From IMG/VR virus record IMGVR_UViG_3300001765_000076, positions 14,122-78,121 of that record: a DNA stretch of 64,000 nucleotides; one strand, given 5' to 3'. This DNA comes from a virus. Its lineage: Duplodnaviria > Caudoviricetes. The translations under genes were made by a program, and so were the position numbers. The notes beneath the pieces were generated by a model. It was given only the letters and a program-made list of their open reading frames with translations. It did not search any database and was not told where the DNA came from. Positions 36,702 to 46,027 of this stretch are shown piece after piece. How positions within the stretch are numbered: position 1 is the stretch's first letter; every line of letters begins with the position of its first letter.

Positions 36702-38669
36702 TTATTTTGTTTTAATATTGATAACTATATCTTTTTTTACATTTTTAATTTCAAACATCGTTTCATCGTCTGAGTATAGTACACCATCACTAGCAGTTAA
36801 ATCAACTTGAAACATGTTTGTTAAAGATAAACCACTGACTATTGGTTGAATAATTTGATTTGATGAATAACCATTTCCGTAAACGTTATAAACTCTAAAA
36901 TCAACTAGGTTTTTAACGCCACTAATAGCACCAATGTCGGATTTCATTTTACTAACATAAATCTCATCACCCATTTTGTGATTGTTTATATCCATATAAT
37001 CACCGATATACAATAATATTGATTTAGCCACATCTTGTCTAGTTTTATCATCTAATACCGTTATGTCAACCTCAAACCTTAAATTCACTATTCGACCAGG
37101 TTGTATTTCTACGTAGTCGTTTATCGATCGATATTCTCCTAGATAAGTAATTATGTTGTTGATGAGAGCTTCACTTAAGTTAGACGAAAGGCTACCATCT
37201 GGAGCTAACCCTAACATGGTAATCAAAACCTTGTTATTTCTTTCTGCCGTACCAACTTTAATTGGAGCACCAAAATCGGAGTTCATAGTCATTACCCTAT
37301 TGTAATAATCTTTCACTGTAACACACCTATCTTGAGATGAGTTATTATATTTTATTAGGGTTCTTATTTCATCGTTTGTTAATTCATCTCTACCAGAAAC
37401 TGCTGGGGTTGTATTTGTTACTGATAAAGAGTTTTTTACTTGTGATTTTATACTGTCACTTACACCGTTTATCGTTGGATTTACATAAGATATACTAGTC
37501 ATCGTGTTCAAAGCTATATTTGACTCTGAGCCACCACCAGCAGTGTAGTAGATATAAATAGTTGAGCCAGCTGGAGGTAATTCACCTAAAAATTTATTAT
37601 TTATAATCTTACTCATTTGATATTGATTGAAATCAGTAGCGTTAGAAATGGCATTTGCATTGGTTTCTAGTTCATTAACCCCAGCCCCAAAAATAACCTT
37701 CATATATCCTTTATCCGTATATTCAGTTATAAATTTTTTACTAACTGTTTCCCATTTAGCGATGCTTGGAATATAGCCATAAACGGTTGACCCACTAACA
37801 CCACCAGTATAGGTATTACCATAATAAGTAGCCCCAGTTATAGCCGTACCAGCAGATATGTCTTGCATTACTTTATCTCTAAAACTATTACTTTGAGCTA
37901 TGTCCTGTATAAATAATTTATCTTCTGTTAAATTGTTAACCTCATACCATCTAGTACTAGTCGTAGAACCAGTACCCATAAAATCTGAAATAGGTGGTGT
38001 AACTTGACTAGCGCCGTTTACTACCAAAATAGACTCGATATTAATTATATTTTGATCTGGTAATATTATTTCCATAAATGGTTGTACGTCAGACGAATTA
38101 ATAGTTTGCTTATATATCTTACTAACACCATTGGTCATCAACGACATTTTAGACACGTTATACCCAGTTAGATCACCATTTAAAAAAACTGGTGTTATGG
38201 TTCTATCTGAAACTCCAGCTGAATTGAATTGTTGAGAAAAATCTAAATCCGTTTGTAATTCGAATTTCTGTCCTCCACCAGTAGCTTGTGTTCCTTTTGG
38301 TAATATAGGTGCATATGAGTCATCTTGTGTGTGTCTACCGCCTGTTGTGTATACGGGTAACCAACATGTCCATTTGGCTTCTAACATCGATGGTCGCTTT
38401 CCAGATACCCTTAAGCCATTGCTTCTAGCCATAGATAATAATGACTTTCTTTCTTGTGCATAATCCAATTGGGTTTCCTGAAACATCTTATCCGTGTGGT
38501 AACCTAAATCATCCGCAACAGCAGCATTTAAATCAATGAAAAAAGACCCAATAGCCGCATCTTGAAAGTCATTGATAATATCTGGATAATATTTTTCAAT
38601 AAAACGTCTTAATTCCTCTTTGTAATCATCAAAGTTTCTTGCGTTGTAATTAATTGATTTAGTTGCCAT
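36702..38669 (-). CDS. Baseplate wedge protein (T4 gp6/baseplate-J-like)
   Basis: INYNARNFDDYKEEL..DFQDAAIGSFFIDLNA..QETQLDYAQER; DRCVTVKDY. Confidence 0.85.
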   Translation of the reverse strand: MATKSINYNARNFDDYKEELRRFIEKYYPDIINDFQDAAIGSFFIDLNAAVADDLGYHTDKMFQETQLDYAQERKSLLSMARSNGLRVSGKRPSMLEAKWTCWLPVYTTGGRHTQDDSYAPILPKGTQATGGGQKFELQTDLDFSQQFNSAGVSDRTITPVFLNGDLTGYNVSKMSLMTNGVSKIYKQTINSSDVQPFMEIILPDQNIINIESILVVNGASQVTPPISDFMGTGSTTSTRWYEVNNLTEDKLFIQDIAQSNSFRDKVMQDISAGTAITGATYYGNTYTGGVSGSTVYGYIPSIAKWETVSKKFITEYTDKGYMKVIFGAGVNELETNANAISNATDFNQYQMSKIINNKFLGELPPAGSTIYIYYTAGGGSESNIALNTMTSISYVNPTINGVSDSIKSQVKNSLSVTNTTPAVSGRDELTNDEIRTLIKYNNSSQDRCVTVKDYYNRVMTMNSDFGAPIKVGTAERNNKVLITMLGLAPDGSLSSNLSEALINNIITYLGEYRSINDYVEIQPGRIVNLRFEVDITVLDDKTRQDVAKSILLYIGDYMDINNHKMGDEIYVSKMKSDIGAISGVKNLVDFRVYNVYGNGYSSNQIIQPIVSGLSLTNMFQVDLTASDGVLYSDDETMFEIKNVKKDIVINIKTK

Positions 38670-38676
38670 ATATGTC

Positions 38677-39069
38677 TTATAAACTGGTTGTTATTGTATC
38701 ACTTGTAATAAAAGCACCCTCATCAATATCATAACTGATTTCGACGTTGGCTGTATAATTGTCTATATCACTGTCATTTACATTTAATTTGGTGATAGTA
38801 ACATTTGGCATAAATTTCTTGATTGACTCCTGTAATTCTATTTTGATGTCTGTCAGTGTTTTATCGTCTTTCGGTTCAAAAATAAATCGTATTAAATTAG
38901 TCCCAAAATTAGGCATTCTCAATCTCTGTCCTTTTGGGGTAAAAATAAGGTGCATGATGTCCGATTTAATCTCTTTATATGGATCGTAATCTATATCCAC
39001 AAAAAAATTAGTATCATCCATTGCTGTAAATGGAAACCTAACACCCAAATATTTTCTTTTTAAAGCCAT
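38677..39069 (-). CDS. Baseplate gp25-like protein
   Basis: GVRFPF..IKSDIMHLIFTPKGQRLRMPNFGTNLIRFIFEP. Confidence 0.85.
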   Translation of the reverse strand: MALKRKYLGVRFPFTAMDDTNFFVDIDYDPYKEIKSDIMHLIFTPKGQRLRMPNFGTNLIRFIFEPKDDKTLTDIKIELQESIKKFMPNVTITKLNVNDSDIDNYTANVEISYDIDEGAFITSDTITTSL

Positions 39070-39088
39070 TATAATTATACTTCTTCGT

Positions 39089-39098
39089 TATAAATATA
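39089..39098 (-). promoter_or_regulatory. Candidate late promoter TATATTTATA at the head of the baseplate operon
   Basis: Between a terminator and the gp25-like start. Confidence 0.55.
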
Positions 39099-39133
39099 TT
39101 ATAATATTTTTTTTGTCTTACTAAAAGGTAAAT

Positions 39134-39168
39134 AAAAAAACCCAGTCATATTTCTACATCTGGGGTTA
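39134..39168 (-). terminator. Intrinsic terminator
   Basis: Minus strand AACCCCAG..CTGGGTTTTTTT. Confidence 0.65.
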
Positions 39169-39177
39169 TTGTTTTTT

Positions 39178-39645
39178 TTATTTCTTAATCATTTTCTCAC
39201 TGATATATATCAAATCAATTGTTTTGACTAAAGTCATTAAGTCTAATCTATCTTTTCTACTATATAACTTATATAATTCAGGACTATCACATTTTTCTTT
39301 ATTTTTACACTTATCAGATATAAAGTTTTGTAATTCTAATTTTGAAACTACAACGAAATAATCATCTGTTTCAAAAGCAAAATAATCAGTGTCTCCATAC
39401 AACCAACCTAATTTGCCTTGTACGTTACGTAACTCAACGTAGTGGATATTTTCATTTTCTTTCTCGTCATTTCTCCTAATCTTCTTTAGTGCTTTGACAT
39501 CGAACTTAGTTTCAATTTTTAAATCCCAATGTTGGTTTATATCTTCTGATTGTGTTGCTGGTACTATTTTACCTAACTCTGAAATTAATTCACCAAATTT
39601 TGTTTCCTGTGCTTGAAATTTTTTGTAATTATCGTAGTGGTTCAT
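39178..39645 (-). CDS. PD-(D/E)XK-family nuclease-like protein (likely start MNHY at 39645)
   Basis: QHWDLKI..FDVKALK..YVELRNVQGKLGWLYGDTDYFAF; ATGA overlap with the upstream stop. Confidence 0.55.
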   Translation of the reverse strand: MNHYDNYKKFQAQETKFGELISELGKIVPATQSEDINQHWDLKIETKFDVKALKKIRRNDEKENENIHYVELRNVQGKLGWLYGDTDYFAFETDDYFVVVSKLELQNFISDKCKNKEKCDSPELYKLYSRKDRLDLMTLVKTIDLIYISEKMIKK

Positions 39646-40397
39646 TTCGTACATTCGTAAATTGTAATTAATTCATTTCCTTTTAATTTGTTGATAAAAC
39701 TATCATAATAGTTTATAATCCACTCAGCATAATCTTCACCTTCCATATCGTACCACTCGCCATTGAATACAACCGCATTAGTAAAGAAACTTGAATTGTA
39801 TTTAACATAATCACCCTTCGTTTTAAAATTATCAAATAGATGCATGTGAGGTTTCATATTGTTAAATATATTGATATCAGTAGCGGTTTCCTGTTTAACC
39901 TTATCTACACATATCTCCCACGCTCTAGTATAAGTTTTAACTATTTCGCTATTTAAATGTAGCTTAGACCAATTTATATTATTTTTATTATCTGAAAAGC
40001 TAGTTTTACCATTTAAATCAACTAACATCTCTGAATAGCTCTTACCACCCTTTTCACAGGTTAACCACCTACCATTTGGATTTTCATTAGTAATAATATT
40101 TTTATTTATATCGAATGAGTGTAATTCACCCAATGACATATAATATTGTTCGTCGCTCATCTCCTTAAGCTCTTTCATCTTGTCAATGGCGACGTTCCTT
40201 ATCTTTTCATCATCTATGTTCTTAATAAAAGCCTTATAAGCATCTATCTTGGTCTTTCTGAAATGATGTTTATCTTTGTAATGGTATAAGATGTATGGCT
40301 CTGGTAACTCCAACATATCATCGAATTTGCCCATAATATCATCTGGATTTTCACCTACTACCAATACACAAAATTTTTCTATTTGGCTATTTGTCAT
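39642..40397 (-). CDS. Hypothetical protein
   Basis: 251 aa, coupled in the operon. Confidence 0.75.
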   Translation of the reverse strand: MTNSQIEKFCVLVVGENPDDIMGKFDDMLELPEPYILYHYKDKHHFRKTKIDAYKAFIKNIDDEKIRNVAIDKMKELKEMSDEQYYMSLGELHSFDINKNIITNENPNGRWLTCEKGGKSYSEMLVDLNGKTSFSDNKNNINWSKLHLNSEIVKTYTRAWEICVDKVKQETATDINIFNNMKPHMHLFDNFKTKGDYVKYNSSFFTNAVVFNGEWYDMEGEDYAEWIINYYDSFINKLKGNELITIYECTK

Positions 40398-40400
40398 CTG

Positions 40401-40871
40401 TTATTTTATTAAATCATCAAAATTATCGTTAACTATATCAATAAATTCAGGATCGATATCTACTGAGGATATACTACATAAAGCGTTTTCAATTTCTTTT
40501 TCTTTCATTTGCCGTTCTACTAATAGTTTAGCTTTAATTTCTCGCTCTTCAATTATTCTCTTTTTTTCCGTATTTAATAAGCCTAAATCGTAGTTTTCTA
40601 GTCTAGTAGTTTTATACCTTGGAACACCCTTATCTTTTACGGCAATGTATTTATATAGTGCTTTTCCTTGACTGCTTGAGTTTTTCCATAAAACATAATC
40701 ATTTATGTGAATTTTTTCATAAAAATATGAACGCCCATCATCGAAAACTACTGTTAGATCTTTTAAATCATCTAGTTTATCATCACAAATCGAATAAAAC
40801 ACATTGCTGGAGTCATACCAACACCTATCTTTCCTTGTTTCTTCGTTATACTCGCTTAATATAATACTCAT
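40401..40871 (-). CDS. KTSC-domain protein
   Basis: DSSNVFYS..LTVVFDDGRSYFY..YVLWKNSSSQGKALYKYI. Confidence 0.65.
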   Translation of the reverse strand: MSIILSEYNEETRKDRCWYDSSNVFYSICDDKLDDLKDLTVVFDDGRSYFYEKIHINDYVLWKNSSSQGKALYKYIAVKDKGVPRYKTTRLENYDLGLLNTEKKRIIEEREIKAKLLVERQMKEKEIENALCSISSVDIDPEFIDIVNDNFDDLIK

Positions 40872-41764
40872 TTTGTCGTATATATAAAATTAATTTTTGC
40901 TTTTACTGTTTTAACTATTTTATCTTCTGGCTTCTCAATATAACCTAAACCAATTTCGTATTTAATTTTTTCTTCATCGTAGTTATATGCTTTACACATT
41001 TTCTTAAACCATTCATTTGTTGGTAGGTAACCTAATTTTAAGGCTAATTCATAACCTCTTGGGTCGATTGTGGTGATTTTTACACCATCGGCTGTACACC
41101 CTAAATCTTTATTATATCGAGGATCTTCAAACCAAAATATTTCAATTCTACCAACCATTTTATCATCGCTATCAAGAAAATCTGAATCTTTAAAAACATC
41201 ATAGTCGTTAGTGTTTGTCGACGAAAAAATGACTTTTGCGTTTTTCGATAAAAATCTATCTAAAGTATCTTGATTGAAATAATTAATATCAACCCACGCT
41301 GAGTTGTCAATAATTAAATGCGTCACTTTATCTAAATCAAACCCTCTAAAAGCATTTTCACTTTTTGAATTAAAATAATTAATTTTTGAACCTAAATTTG
41401 TTTCTAATTGGTTAATAGTGTTTTTAATAAAATCAAAATCTTTACCTTTTATCTCAACTGGAATTTGATTAATAAACTCTTTTACCTTTGACATAAACAT
41501 GGTTCTAAGTTCTGAATTTGCATTGAATGAAATGATGTTTGTTTTAGGGTTTAAAACCATCTCAGCCGCCACGTAAGCGCATTCTAGTGACGTAACCCCA
41601 GCTTATCTATATTGTTTGATTTTTGTATTATTATAACCAACAATTTTCCATAAGATATCTTTCTGATGGTCAAATAAGGTAAATGGAATAACTTTGTTTT
41701 CGGTCGGACTATAAATAGATAGATATTTTTCAATCATATAAATTCTAGTTTCATCCTCTAAACA
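40868..41764 (-). pseudogene. Terminase large subunit ATPase-domain paralogue, interrupted by in-frame TAA (41603..41605), lacking the nuclease domain
   Basis: KCLEDETRIYMIEKYL..PFTLFDHQ..KQYR*AGVTS (RQ-x-G-x-S/T Walker A region); LIIDNSAW (Walker B-like), FSST, WFEDPRY. Confidence 0.7.
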
Positions 41765-42194
41765 TTTTTTGTTTCTCCAGTTTCCAATTAATTATGTCTT
41801 CAAATGTAAATAACACACCACTTTCCATATCGGTTTTAATCAATTTTTTACCTTCTGGAACATTAATTTCAACTAATTGGGTTGATTGTTTTGTTAGCTC
41901 TGTATCTTCAAAGGAGTCGTATGTAAATCTAACACTGAATGTATCAGATATTTCTCCGTTGTAATTTACACTTATAGGTTGACAACTATGATAAATTCCA
42001 CTACCGCATTTACTATATTGTTTTACATCTTTAGTAGATCCAAATTTATTATCCAACGTTTTATAAAGCCACTCTATAAAATAAGATGAATCTTTATTAT
42101 CTATTTCAATAGTAAATTTTCCACCAAATTTATGTTTTGATGCACCTGAAGCTACATTAAACTCTTTACCGTTTATATTTATTATGTTTTTCAT
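41751..42194 (-). CDS. Hypothetical protein (likely start MKNIIN at 42194)
   Basis: The track start at 42245 lies inside the promoter; the ATG at 42194 is 20 nt below the -7 box. Confidence 0.7.
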   Translation of the reverse strand: MKNIININGKEFNVASGASKHKFGGKFTIEIDNKDSSYFIEWLYKTLDNKFGSTKDVKQYSKCGSGIYHSCQPISVNYNGEISDTFSVRFTYDSFEDTELTKQSTQLVEINVPEGKKLIKTDMESGVLFTFEDIINWKLEKQKMFRG

Positions 42195-42214
42195 TTTTAT
42201 TATTTTATTTATCT

Positions 42215-42246
42215 CAAATGTACGAAAAATAATTGAGAAAACCAAA
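42215..42246 (-). promoter_or_regulatory. Bacteroidota sigmaA-type promoter
   Basis: Identical over 35 nt to the copy at 921..955. Confidence 0.85.
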
Positions 42247-42258
42247 TGAAATTTAAAA

Positions 42259-42307
42259 AAGTTTTTGGTTGAAAGAGCTAAATTAATAGACTTCCAACCA
42301 AAAACTT
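42259..42307 (-). terminator. Terminator after the RNR gene
   Basis: 13-bp AAGTTTTTGGTTG / CAACCAAAAACTT inverted repeat plus U-tract. Confidence 0.75.
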
Positions 42308-42313
42308 GAGTTA

Positions 42314-45300
42314 TTATGCTCTTACTATTTCACAAGCACCACCAGAACATGCTTGTGCCGCGTAGTCAGATACATCTTTAAAAGTTGGTTTATTTAATAT
42401 TTTATTAAAATCAACTTCTCTCATTTGTCTATTTATCACTTCCCATTTATGTAGTAGGTGAACATCCTTTAAACAATATACTGTTTTCTTCAAATCACCT
42501 TTGAAATAATTTTTAGAGAATTTTTTAGCACAATCAATCCAATATTTCTTCAATAGAACTTCTTCTCTTGTTCCAGTTACTGGTATTGACTTATCCAACA
42601 CGCTATCACATGCCAACCATAAGTTGTTTTTAAAGTGATGTAAGCCATCTACAATTAAACCCGATACAAATAACGATGCTTTACCATAAGTCTCTATAAT
42701 CTCTTCCATTGAATTTACAGTGGTAAATGGAGCTTGGTTGTATACCCTATCCGCCGTATTCGAAATAAAAGATACTGCTGTAAAATCTTCTTTGTTATCC
42801 CATATATAATTAATAACTGTTTCTACATCATCTATGATGACGGTGCATGACACGTTGTGAGTTATGTTTTTATAACCAGATAACTCTCTATTGGTTCCTT
42901 GACTTACCCAGTTTTTTTGTACTAGTTTTATTTTCTCTAAGTGAGCTAGCCCAGTCATATCCTTTTTATAAAAACCATCCTTTGAATTTTCTATGGGTAT
43001 AAAAACAACATAATCCGTTTTATTTTCAGACCATACTGAATCTTCCAGTAAGAAATTCATATTTTCATTTAACCACTTTGCAGTTTCAGCTTCTTTATTT
43101 AATTGCATTATCCTGAAATATTGCTGTGAATGTTCTGGGTGAATTCCAGATGATGTACCCAAAATTACGGATGAATTTCCACTGGGCTTCACGCAACAGA
43201 CTCTGGCTGAGATGTTTATGTTTATTAATTTAGCTACCTCTTCATTCGTTTTTTTAATTATTTCAACACCTTTTTGTAGTAGTTCTGGATTAAATAATTT
43301 TGGGTTATTCATCCAACCAGTTATAGATACACCTAGTAGTGCCTCCTTTTTAAATATGTTTTCACTAACTTCACCTAGATATGGAAATGTTGTCCACCCA
43401 GCTTGTAAAGTACCAAGTACAGATGCATCATAACACGCCCTAAAAAATTTTTCCTTTGTTGTACACGCTTCTGCTGATATCTCTGTTAAATTACATTGTT
43501 TTGTTAATATATTATTGAATACACCTTGATGTTTTTCACTTTCTTCAAAGCAATATGAATCATGAAGTCCATCTAATTCAATAATTTTTTCAATATTTTG
43601 TAGCTGTCCCTTACATTTTACAACTGTTTTAGTAAATTTTGTTTTTGTACACCATAGTTCCCCACAATCACTTACTTGGATATACCAAACATCTCTTTTT
43701 CTTATACCTAGATTTGTTATAGTACCTTTTTTTGACATTAAATTTACCGTTGAATTAACACCTATCTTTGTTAATAATAATTGCAAATCTTCAATTTTGT
43801 CTTTTTCACCATATATTCTAAATTTATTGTTATATGTTATAGTACCATCAGTATCAATCCAACCAGCAATAAAATCTATGATTGACTTTCTAGACCACGA
43901 AAATAATTCACTTGGTAAACCATCATCGTATTTTAACTTTAATGAAAATTCTTTATCTAATTTATCAAATACAACATTATAATATTTACCTTCTATTCCA
44001 TTATATGTTTCAGTAAGTAATTTACTTTTTCTACCTTCCACAAACGGATAGTCATTTTTAAAGTTAGTTTCATAAACTGATGCAAATGGAGTTCTAATTG
44101 TCCCATCCTTAAATTTTTTACATGTTCCATCACCTAAGATAAATCCATAATCATAAGCATATATCTCGTCTTTACCGTAATCAAAATCACTAATATTTAC
44201 TCTTGGTACTTGTAAGTTATATTTTGTTTCACTCAATAGCTTTATTAGGTCGACTGTTTCGATTTCCTTATATACTTTCTCAAATCTATTTTTAACTAAA
44301 AATTTATGATTTTCAGTACAGTCCAAATGTGAACCGTCATTCAAAAATACTCTGTATAATTTTCTATTCGAACCTGTTTTTATTGGTTTAACTAGTGACC
44401 ACTTTTCACCATTCCAAATTTCTATTTCTCTATTATTTTCAGCTACATCGCCAATTGTTTCAATACCACTTCTAGTTATTAATTTTGTATCGTAAGCCAC
44501 ACAGCCCTGTATACCAAGTAGTTGCGAATTTTCTTTTACAAAGTCATATATTTCACCATACTTAATATTCTCTAAATCCATTTTATCATTCCACAAAATC
44601 GGTAATTGAGCAATTTCAAAGCAATTGTGAACCACTAATCCATTAACTACGCCGTGATGAGTTAAATCATCTAATTCAAAATCATATACAACTTCTTTTG
44701 TTTTTCTATGCTCAATGCCAATAACAATTGGAAACTCATCATTTTGGTTGTCGTGGATTTCACTAAATTTTTTGTCTTCATTTTTAAAAAACAATAGAGC
44801 TTTATCTTTTGTGTCTTTAGCTTCTATCTCTGTACCATCCGATGTTAATAATATATGATCTGGTGTACACGTAATAATTTTTCCAGTTGATAATTTAATA
44901 TCGATAACATTTTTAATTCCTGTTTTCTTTACATATCCAGTTACTTCTTGCCCAACACCATTAATCATTACATAATGTTCATTTTCAATTAATTCATCAA
45001 ATCTTTTATAACCGTTATTTGTTAAGATTTCCATATCACCAGTAAAACAAGGATTGAACATATCAAAATATGAATTAGCAAAAACAAACCCAATATCTGA
45101 AATACCATCATTCATTTTAACAATAGATTCAAATTTTTCTTTCGTTACTTTATTTCTAATTAGTAATATTGAATTATTTGATCTTGCTCTCTGTGGGTTA
45201 TTTTCAAACCAATTTCCCATCTTGGCATTTATCATTTCATCATCGTTTTCATCAATTATCATGTTCATGGCTGAGCGTCTAACACCACCACTGAGAACTG

Positions 45301-46006
45301 CATTTGATGCAAAGCACAAAATATCAAAGGCTAAAATTGGTCTAACCTCGCTACCTTCTTTTGCTAGCCAATTTTCTATTAGACTCTCAATTTGTTCTAA
45401 TGATTTTTGTAGTCCTTCTGGTCCAGGCGCTTTAAAACCACCAGAAATAAAAGCACCTTTTTTTCTAATTTTAGAAAAATCAAACTTTATTTCATAACCA
45501 AAGTATTCTGGAAATGGTTGGTTTTCGGTAAAATAAGATGACATTAAAACACCTAACGAATCTGACCAGCCTTCAATTGAATCTGGTATAATAAATGTTT
45601 TTGTACCATTTTTTCTCTTTTCAATATTTGATATATTTTTAACGAATGGTATTTGTAATCCACCACCAAATCCACAGCCGCTTAGTAATAAATAAAATAC
45701 CTCCTGAAAAGCTCTGTTGTAAGCAACGTATCCAGTAGTGCAATTGTAAAGCCTTGAACTATGGGCTTTTAGCTGTTCACCTCTATATTGTAAACTCCTT
45801 TGCGATGCCAGTACCATTTTCTCTTTCATACTTTGCAGAGCCGAGTTTGTATATGGTTTTATCTTATCACCATATTTTTCTACATGACTAGATATAATTG
45901 ACTCACATGCTTCTTCCCATGTTTCATATCTACCTAAATCTTCGTTCCATTTTAAATAATCTGAATGTAACTTCAAATCAGATAAAAACTTTTTACCTTT
46001 TTGCAT
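42314..46006 (-). CDS. nrdJ: Class II (B12-dependent) ribonucleotide reductase precursor with two inteins
   Basis: YNC, GGVRRSA, RARSNNS; spliced NPCFEI and GCNLTEI; CVKPSG; C-terminal CSGGAC. Confidence 0.85.
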   Translation of the reverse strand: MQKGKKFLSDLKLHSDYLKWNEDLGRYETWEEACESIISSHVEKYGDKIKPYTNSALQSMKEKMVLASQRSLQYRGEQLKAHSSRLYNCTTGYVAYNRAFQEVFYLLLSGCGFGGGLQIPFVKNISNIEKRKNGTKTFIIPDSIEGWSDSLGVLMSSYFTENQPFPEYFGYEIKFDFSKIRKKGAFISGGFKAPGPEGLQKSLEQIESLIENWLAKEGSEVRPILAFDILCFASNAVLSGGVRRSAMNMIIDENDDEMINAKMGNWFENNPQRARSNNSILLIRNKVTKEKFESIVKMNDGISDIGFVFANSYFDMFNPCFTGDMEILTNNGYKRFDELIENEHYVMINGVGQEVTGYVKKTGIKNVIDIKLSTGKIITCTPDHILLTSDGTEIEAKDTKDKALLFFKNEDKKFSEIHDNQNDEFPIVIGIEHRKTKEVVYDFELDDLTHHGVVNGLVVHNCFEIAQLPILWNDKMDLENIKYGEIYDFVKENSQLLGIQGCVAYDTKLITRSGIETIGDVAENNREIEIWNGEKWSLVKPIKTGSNRKLYRVFLNDGSHLDCTENHKFLVKNRFEKVYKEIETVDLIKLLSETKYNLQVPRVNISDFDYGKDEIYAYDYGFILGDGTCKKFKDGTIRTPFASVYETNFKNDYPFVEGRKSKLLTETYNGIEGKYYNVVFDKLDKEFSLKLKYDDGLPSELFSWSRKSIIDFIAGWIDTDGTITYNNKFRIYGEKDKIEDLQLLLTKIGVNSTVNLMSKKGTITNLGIRKRDVWYIQVSDCGELWCTKTKFTKTVVKCKGQLQNIEKIIELDGLHDSYCFEESEKHQGVFNNILTKQCNLTEISAEACTTKEKFFRACYDASVLGTLQAGWTTFPYLGEVSENIFKKEALLGVSITGWMNNPKLFNPELLQKGVEIIKKTNEEVAKLININISARVCCVKPSGNSSVILGTSSGIHPEHSQQYFRIMQLNKEAETAKWLNENMNFLLEDSVWSENKTDYVVFIPIENSKDGFYKKDMTGLAHLEKIKLVQKNWVSQGTNRELSGYKNITHNVSCTVIIDDVETVINYIWDNKEDFTAVSFISNTADRVYNQAPFTTVNSMEEIIETYGKASLFVSGLIVDGLHHFKNNLWLACDSVLDKSIPVTGTREEVLLKKYWIDCAKKFSKNYFKGDLKKTVYCLKDVHLLHKWEVINRQMREVDFNKILNKPTFKDVSDYAAQACSGGACEIVRA
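43496..44503 (-). mobile_element. Intein 2, 336 aa, with LAGLIDADG homing endonuclease and C-terminal Gln
   Basis: G|CVAYDT..LDCTENHKF..YGFILGDG..IAGWIDTDG..ILTKQ|CNL. Confidence 0.85.
44624..45049 (-). mobile_element. Intein 1, 142-aa mini-intein
   Basis: NP|CFTGD..CTPDH..VYDF..NGLVVHN|CFEI; no endonuclease motifs. Confidence 0.9.
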
Positions 46007-46027
46007 ATATTATTATTTTTTTTTATT

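Noticed and set aside
42314-46006. RNR insertions as group I introns
   Set aside because: The insertions are in frame with Cys-start and HN/Q-Cys end intein motifs; no stop codons or intron core were seen
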